The notes beneath the pieces are model-generated. The model had not been told where the DNA came from and searched no databases. It saw only the letters and a program-made list of their open reading frames with translations. 64,000 nucleotides of DNA from Bacteroidia bacterium (GTDB lineage: Bacteria; Bacteroidota; Bacteroidia; Bacteroidales; VadinHA17): NCBI GenBank assembly GCA_026391215.1, contig JAPLDX010000034.1, forward strand, positions 11,994-75,993. Direction: 5' to 3'. Made by a program: the position numbers and the translations under genes. Positions within the stretch are counted from its first letter, which is position 1, and each line of letters opens with the position of its first letter. Shown here piece after piece: positions 60,183 through 64,000 of this stretch.

Positions 60183-61166
60183 TTATTCCGCAAATATCTT
60201 TGAAACACTTTTTCTTAAAGCCGGCCATTTATTATCAGGAATTCTTGCCCCGATCATTTTGATCACATTGCCTGCCAGGAGGGTTCCCAGCACCCCGCAT
60301 TTCTCAAGAGGCAGGTCATTGGAATAACCATACAGGAATCCTGAAGCATACAAGTCGCCTGCACCTGTGGTGTCTTTACATAGAACCGGAAGTGCACCGA
60401 CTTTTACCAGTTCCTCACCGCGTTTTATAAGAGAACCCTCTTTCCCGGTTTTTATGATTGCAATACTGACCTGGTCAGCTAATTTGTCCAACGCCTCAAC
60501 TGGTCCAAGACCTGTATAAGATCTTGCCTCTTCTTCGTTGGCAAAGAGAATATCGACATAGTTGCTGATAATATACTTAAAATCACTAAGCTTCTCATTA
60601 ACAACATTATAACTTGCGAGATCAAGAGCTATTTCCATGTTATTGTCCCTGGCGATCCGACAGGCCTTTTCTACAAGCGATCTGTCAATAATAAGATAGC
60701 CCTCCATATAAAGGATCTTATATGGTTTGAAATATTCCGGCTTAAGATCATCTGCCCCTAGCTCAACAGCGGCACCCAGGTGGGTGGCAAACGTTCTTTC
60801 GGAGTCAGGCGATATAAGTGCTACTGCAGTTCCTGTTGGGGATTCACGTCTGAACAGTATAGTGTTGACGCCGGATTTTTTCATATCATTTTCGAAGAAA
60901 TCGCCTGTTTCATCTTTACCGACAGATCCTATAAAACCCGATTTTGTTTCAAGCATAGCAAGGCCATGAATGGTATTGGCAGCGGATCCTCCTGAAGCAA
61001 AAGTGTTTCTGAAACCCGAAGTATCATTTTTAACAAGCTTTGATTTATCGCTGTTTACAAGTGTCATACTGCCTTTGGGCAATGAGAATCTTTCAAGGAT
61101 TTGATCATCATTGATGAGCGTCATAATATCAACAAGGGCATTGCCAATGCCGAGGATACTCTTCAT
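60183..61166 (-). CDS. PfkB-family kinase (adenosine kinase-like)
   Basis: GIGNALVD, GGSAANT, ERTF.T.LGA, FANEEEA, DTTGAGDLYASGF. Confidence 0.92.
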   Translation of the reverse strand: MKSILGIGNALVDIMTLINDDQILERFSLPKGSMTLVNSDKSKLVKNDTSGFRNTFASGGSAANTIHGLAMLETKSGFIGSVGKDETGDFFENDMKKSGVNTILFRRESPTGTAVALISPDSERTFATHLGAAVELGADDLKPEYFKPYKILYMEGYLIIDRSLVEKACRIARDNNMEIALDLASYNVVNEKLSDFKYIISNYVDILFANEEEARSYTGLGPVEALDKLADQVSIAIIKTGKEGSLIKRGEELVKVGALPVLCKDTTGAGDLYASGFLYGYSNDLPLEKCGVLGTLLAGNVIKMIGARIPDNKWPALRKSVSKIFAE

Positions 61167-61253
61167 AAACAAAAAATTTCAACAAAGATATTGTTAAATT
61201 CACTAAAAGCCTGTATTTTTGGCACGCTAAATAATTTTGGCATATTTTGAAAT

Positions 61254-61327
61254 TCCTCAGTAGCTCAGTTGGTTAGAGCAACGGACTGTTAATCCGTGGG
61301 TCGTAAGTTCGAGTCTTACCTGGGGAG
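61254..61327 (+). tRNA. tRNA-Asn (GTT); CCA not encoded
   Basis: Acceptor TCCTCAG/CTGGGGA, D-arm GCTCAGTTGGTTAGAGC, anticodon arm ACGGA-CTGTTAA-TCCGT, T-loop GTTCGAG. Confidence 0.97.
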
Positions 61328-61342
61328 CAAAAAAAAAAGAAT

Positions 61343-61380
61343 AAAGCCTTGATACACAACAATATCAAGGTTTTTTCTTG
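61343..61380. terminator. Intrinsic (possibly bidirectional) terminator between tRNA-Asn and the GIY-YIG gene
   Basis: AAAGCCTTGATA...TATCAAGGTTTTTT with flanking A- and T-tracts. Confidence 0.75.
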
Positions 61381-61459
61381 TTTTGTGTGAAGGACACCCA
61401 AAATTAAGATAGATAGACAAATCAAATCAAAAAACTTATCATGAATGACATTAATAAAT

Positions 61460-61768
61460 TTACAAACGGGTCTTAAATAATCCTGTATGTGATAATTCCT
61501 TCCATTCTTTATTAAACTGATTAATAAGTGCAAGTTTTTTTTCTCTTGAAAACCCTTTAATCTGTTTTTCCCTGTCTATTGCTAAATCAATTAAATCAAA
61601 TCTTTCAAAATAAATCAGTTTATCAACATTATATTTCTGTGTAAATCCTTTTATCTTCTTTTGTTTATGTTCATAACACCTTCTCTCTAAGTCATTGGTA
61701 ACTCCAGTATAAAGAACATTATGATGTGTATTTGTTAAGATATAAACATAATATACCTGGGTTCTCAT
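61460..61768 (-). CDS. Small GIY-YIG nuclease family protein
   Basis: YYVYILTN..LYTGVTNDLERR..EHK..GFT.KY....L.YFE...AI.REKQIKG.SR.KK..LI...N. Confidence 0.92.
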   Translation of the reverse strand: MRTQVYYVYILTNTHHNVLYTGVTNDLERRCYEHKQKKIKGFTQKYNVDKLIYFERFDLIDLAIDREKQIKGFSREKKLALINQFNKEWKELSHTGLFKTRL

Positions 61769-61893
61769 TGACTAGCAGATTATTGATGACACTATTATGA
61801 GGTCTAAATTACAAAAAATTATAATATTTTAAGATTGGCTATTTGCTCTAAAGCAGATATAATAATGGTATCTATTGATGCAATCCTTCTCTC

Positions 61894-62087
61894 TGTCATT
61901 TCCCTGCTGAAATCAGGAGATTCCTCGCTGCGCTTCGGAATGACAATTTATTATTTTGCAAGGGTGGGGAAAGAAGTGGCGATTCGCAAACTATTTGTCC
62001 TGTTTGATATTTTAATGCGAATCGCCACTTCTTTCCCCCTATACCACAAACCCACGGTGTCATCCCGAGTGCTAGCGAGGGATCCCC
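61894..62087. repeat. Nested palindromic REP/REPIN-like element
   Basis: Outer 30-bp imperfect inverted repeat (61916-61945 / 62058-62087, TGTCAT-tagged) encloses a perfect 23-bp inverted repeat (61966-61988 / 62016-62038). Confidence 0.8.
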
Positions 62088-62884
62088 AGCACTCCTGCCC
62101 ATTTATCTTGAGTTATTCAGGCAAGCAATCACAAATCAATAGTTCAGAACACTTGAAAACATAATAAATATCATATAATGTTTTACTTATGAAATGTTGT
62201 CATTAGTAGTAACATATCAGCTGGCAGGCGGAGAAGTGAGAAACCGAGTCCCGCTCTGGCGGGACGAGCTCACCGAAGGTAATCTCCCGGATTCGTGTTA
62301 TCGTCAATGGCGAGACACCCATATTTACAACAAATAAATCTCTTATTTGCTACTTATCAAACAGTTATGTTTTAATGGGACTAAAAACCGCTCAAAACAG
62401 GAAAATGTGAACCAGAACTCCCAGAAAAGGAGTCTTTTTCGGGACCTGTTTTAAAAACGCAAATAGGTTTCGCTAAACTCTGTAACTCTCTGTGTGTTCT
62501 GCATTTGTTTGCAGGATTCTGCATAGCAAGTACTGCTTTGAACAGGGTACTTTTAGACAAAAAGAGAGACCTTCTTTAATGAAATATTATCTGATACAAT
62601 ACGATTAAGATCATTGCTTACAAGAGGTGCAGAATCAGACAATATGCCATTTACTTTATTCAGAGGAGAATTTTAGAGATTACCTTCAAAATAGCCCTAA
62701 CAAATTTCAATAATGAAAGCCGGTTATATGAACCACAAAATCTAACAAATCGCGAGCAAACAAATTTTTGCTTTCAGCCCTGCTTTGACTTAAATTTGAT
62801 TAATAAACAAAGGATCCTCGAAATCATTGTAAAGACGTGGTAAATCTGAAATCTGAACAAGCAAGAGAATAAATCAAAAATGAT

Positions 62885-64000
62885 ATGCAAAAACATATTT
62901 TGTTATCCGTAGTTGTTGTTATCTGTCTGATGACAATTGCCTGTAATAATTCAATTATTACTGTTTGTCCGGACAATAACCATTATTTCTATTACAAGGG
63001 TAAACCGCTTGTCCTTATCACTTCTGATCATCATTATGGAGCAGTGATAGATAGGGATTTTGATTATGTGAAGTATCTTGAATACCTGGAACGCAATGAC
63101 ATGAACCTGACCAGGATCTATCCCGGCGCAATGTTCGAACCTCCTGATAAATATCTTAAAGGAAATCCGTTAGGGCCTCTACAGGGCAGGCAATTATTAC
63201 CATGGGCAAAGTCCGACCAGCCTGGAGCAAATCCACTTTTAGCAGAATCGGGGCAGCCTTCATTTAAGTATGACCTGGATAAATGGAATCAGGAGTACTT
63301 TGACCGGTTGAACGATTTTGTCGAACTTGCCCGGGAAAAAGATATCATTGTTGAAATTGCTTTCTTTAATGGGATGTATAATGATTGCTGGCCTCTTATG
63401 GCAATGTATCATGAAAACAATATCCAGAATATCGGACAGTATGAAGACAAGGAATGCGGATTATTTACTTCAACGGATATTCGCAACCGGGATGTAGTAA
63501 AGTATCAAAAAGCATACATAAAAAAAATTACTACCGAATTAAATAAATATGACAATCTGATATATGACATTTGTGATGAACCTTCTTTGCAGGGACTGCC
63601 CGGTGGCAGTGTCTTATTCCTTCCCGACAGTCTGGTTATGCCATGGATTAATGAAATGAAAGAGGCTTTTCTTCAGGCAGAGGAATCTCTTCCCAAAAAA
63701 CATTTGCTTGGACAAACGGTGCAAAATCTCTCACCTGATTGCTCAAACGAATCATGGTGTAACTGGCTTCCGGCTGAATACGTGAAACCGGCAGAGAAAG
63801 CACTGAATCTGAATTATGAGAACAATAAACCTTTGATTAATGTGGAATCAAACTATTACGGATTCAACCTGACAAAAAATACTTACAACGTTGATGCTGT
63901 CCGTGTGGAAGGATGGTGGTTCATGCTGGGAGGAGGCGCAGGATGCATAAACCTGAACGGGGAATTTTATCGCGGACAGGAATCAGGTGGCATAAATACT
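62885..64000 (+). CDS. Partial clan GH-A-like glycoside hydrolase lipoprotein (not in the ORF track because it runs off the window)
   Basis: ATG at 62885: MQKHILLSVVVVICLMTIAC (lipobox), NHYFYYKGKP, KYDLDKWNQEYFDRL, IIVEIAFF, NLIYDICDEP; open to the window end. Confidence 0.75.
   Translation, partial: MQKHILLSVVVVICLMTIACNNSIITVCPDNNHYFYYKGKPLVLITSDHHYGAVIDRDFDYVKYLEYLERNDMNLTRIYPGAMFEPPDKYLKGNPLGPLQGRQLLPWAKSDQPGANPLLAESGQPSFKYDLDKWNQEYFDRLNDFVELAREKDIIVEIAFFNGMYNDCWPLMAMYHENNIQNIGQYEDKECGLFTSTDIRNRDVVKYQKAYIKKITTELNKYDNLIYDICDEPSLQGLPGGSVLFLPDSLVMPWINEMKEAFLQAEESLPKKHLLGQTVQNLSPDCSNESWCNWLPAEYVKPAEKALNLNYENNKPLINVESNYYGFNLTKNTYNVDAVRVEGWWFMLGGGAGCINLNGEFYRGQESGGINT

Noticed and set aside
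500-60995. Numerous 60-205 aa ORFs antisense to or nested in long genes (e.g. 4866..5420, 27444..27998, 39385..40002, 41860..42261)
   Set aside because: They are shadow frames of well-supported genes and show no recognisable motifs
61273-61533. 86-aa minus-strand ORF
   Set aside because: It overlaps tRNA-Asn antisense and the terminator, so it is spurious
24101-62087. Possibility that the palindromic repeats form a CRISPR array
   Set aside because: There are no regularly spaced direct repeats with unique spacers and no cas genes
61835-62164. ORFs 61835..62164 (+) and 61896..62102 (-)
   Set aside because: They are translations of the palindromic repeat element and have no protein-family features

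Overview
Chromosomal segment of a Bacteroidota bacterium, most likely an anaerobic Bacteroidales. Support comes from TAnnTTTG -7 promoter boxes, many lipoproteins, DUF3078/DUF5916/FISUMP families, rubrerythrin and a GC content of roughly 40% by eye. It carries about 55 protein genes, almost all on the minus strand up to ~49.8 kb, and one tRNA-Asn(GTT). I see no CRISPR array, rRNA, integrase or transposase. Most content is envelope, transport and carbohydrate genes (GH16 x2, GH28, GH106, HflKC, MscL, P-type ATPase, PspC/PadR). The items most worth following up are: (1) a TldD with a twin-arginine/lipoprotein signal coupled to a signal-less TldE, i.e. a probably exported TldDE peptidase; (2) a stand-alone half-size PurL-like enzyme with altered active-site motifs and a four-Cys insertion; (3) a GIY-YIG nuclease beside tRNA-Asn with an adjacent nested palindromic REP/REPIN-like element, plus two other families of palindromic repeats; (4) an OYE[4Fe-4S]/flavoprotein/SDR redox module; (5) lipid and terpenoid genes (DAK2-DegV fusion with DUF1295; phytoene synthase-like gene with CrtI and YdjC/HpnK); (6) a membrane-anchored protein with an ADP-ribosyltransferase-like motif near a lytic-transglycosylase-like gene; (7) two carbohydrate genes apparently decayed by internal deletion. 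All family assignments come from motif recognition by eye; no database search was run.
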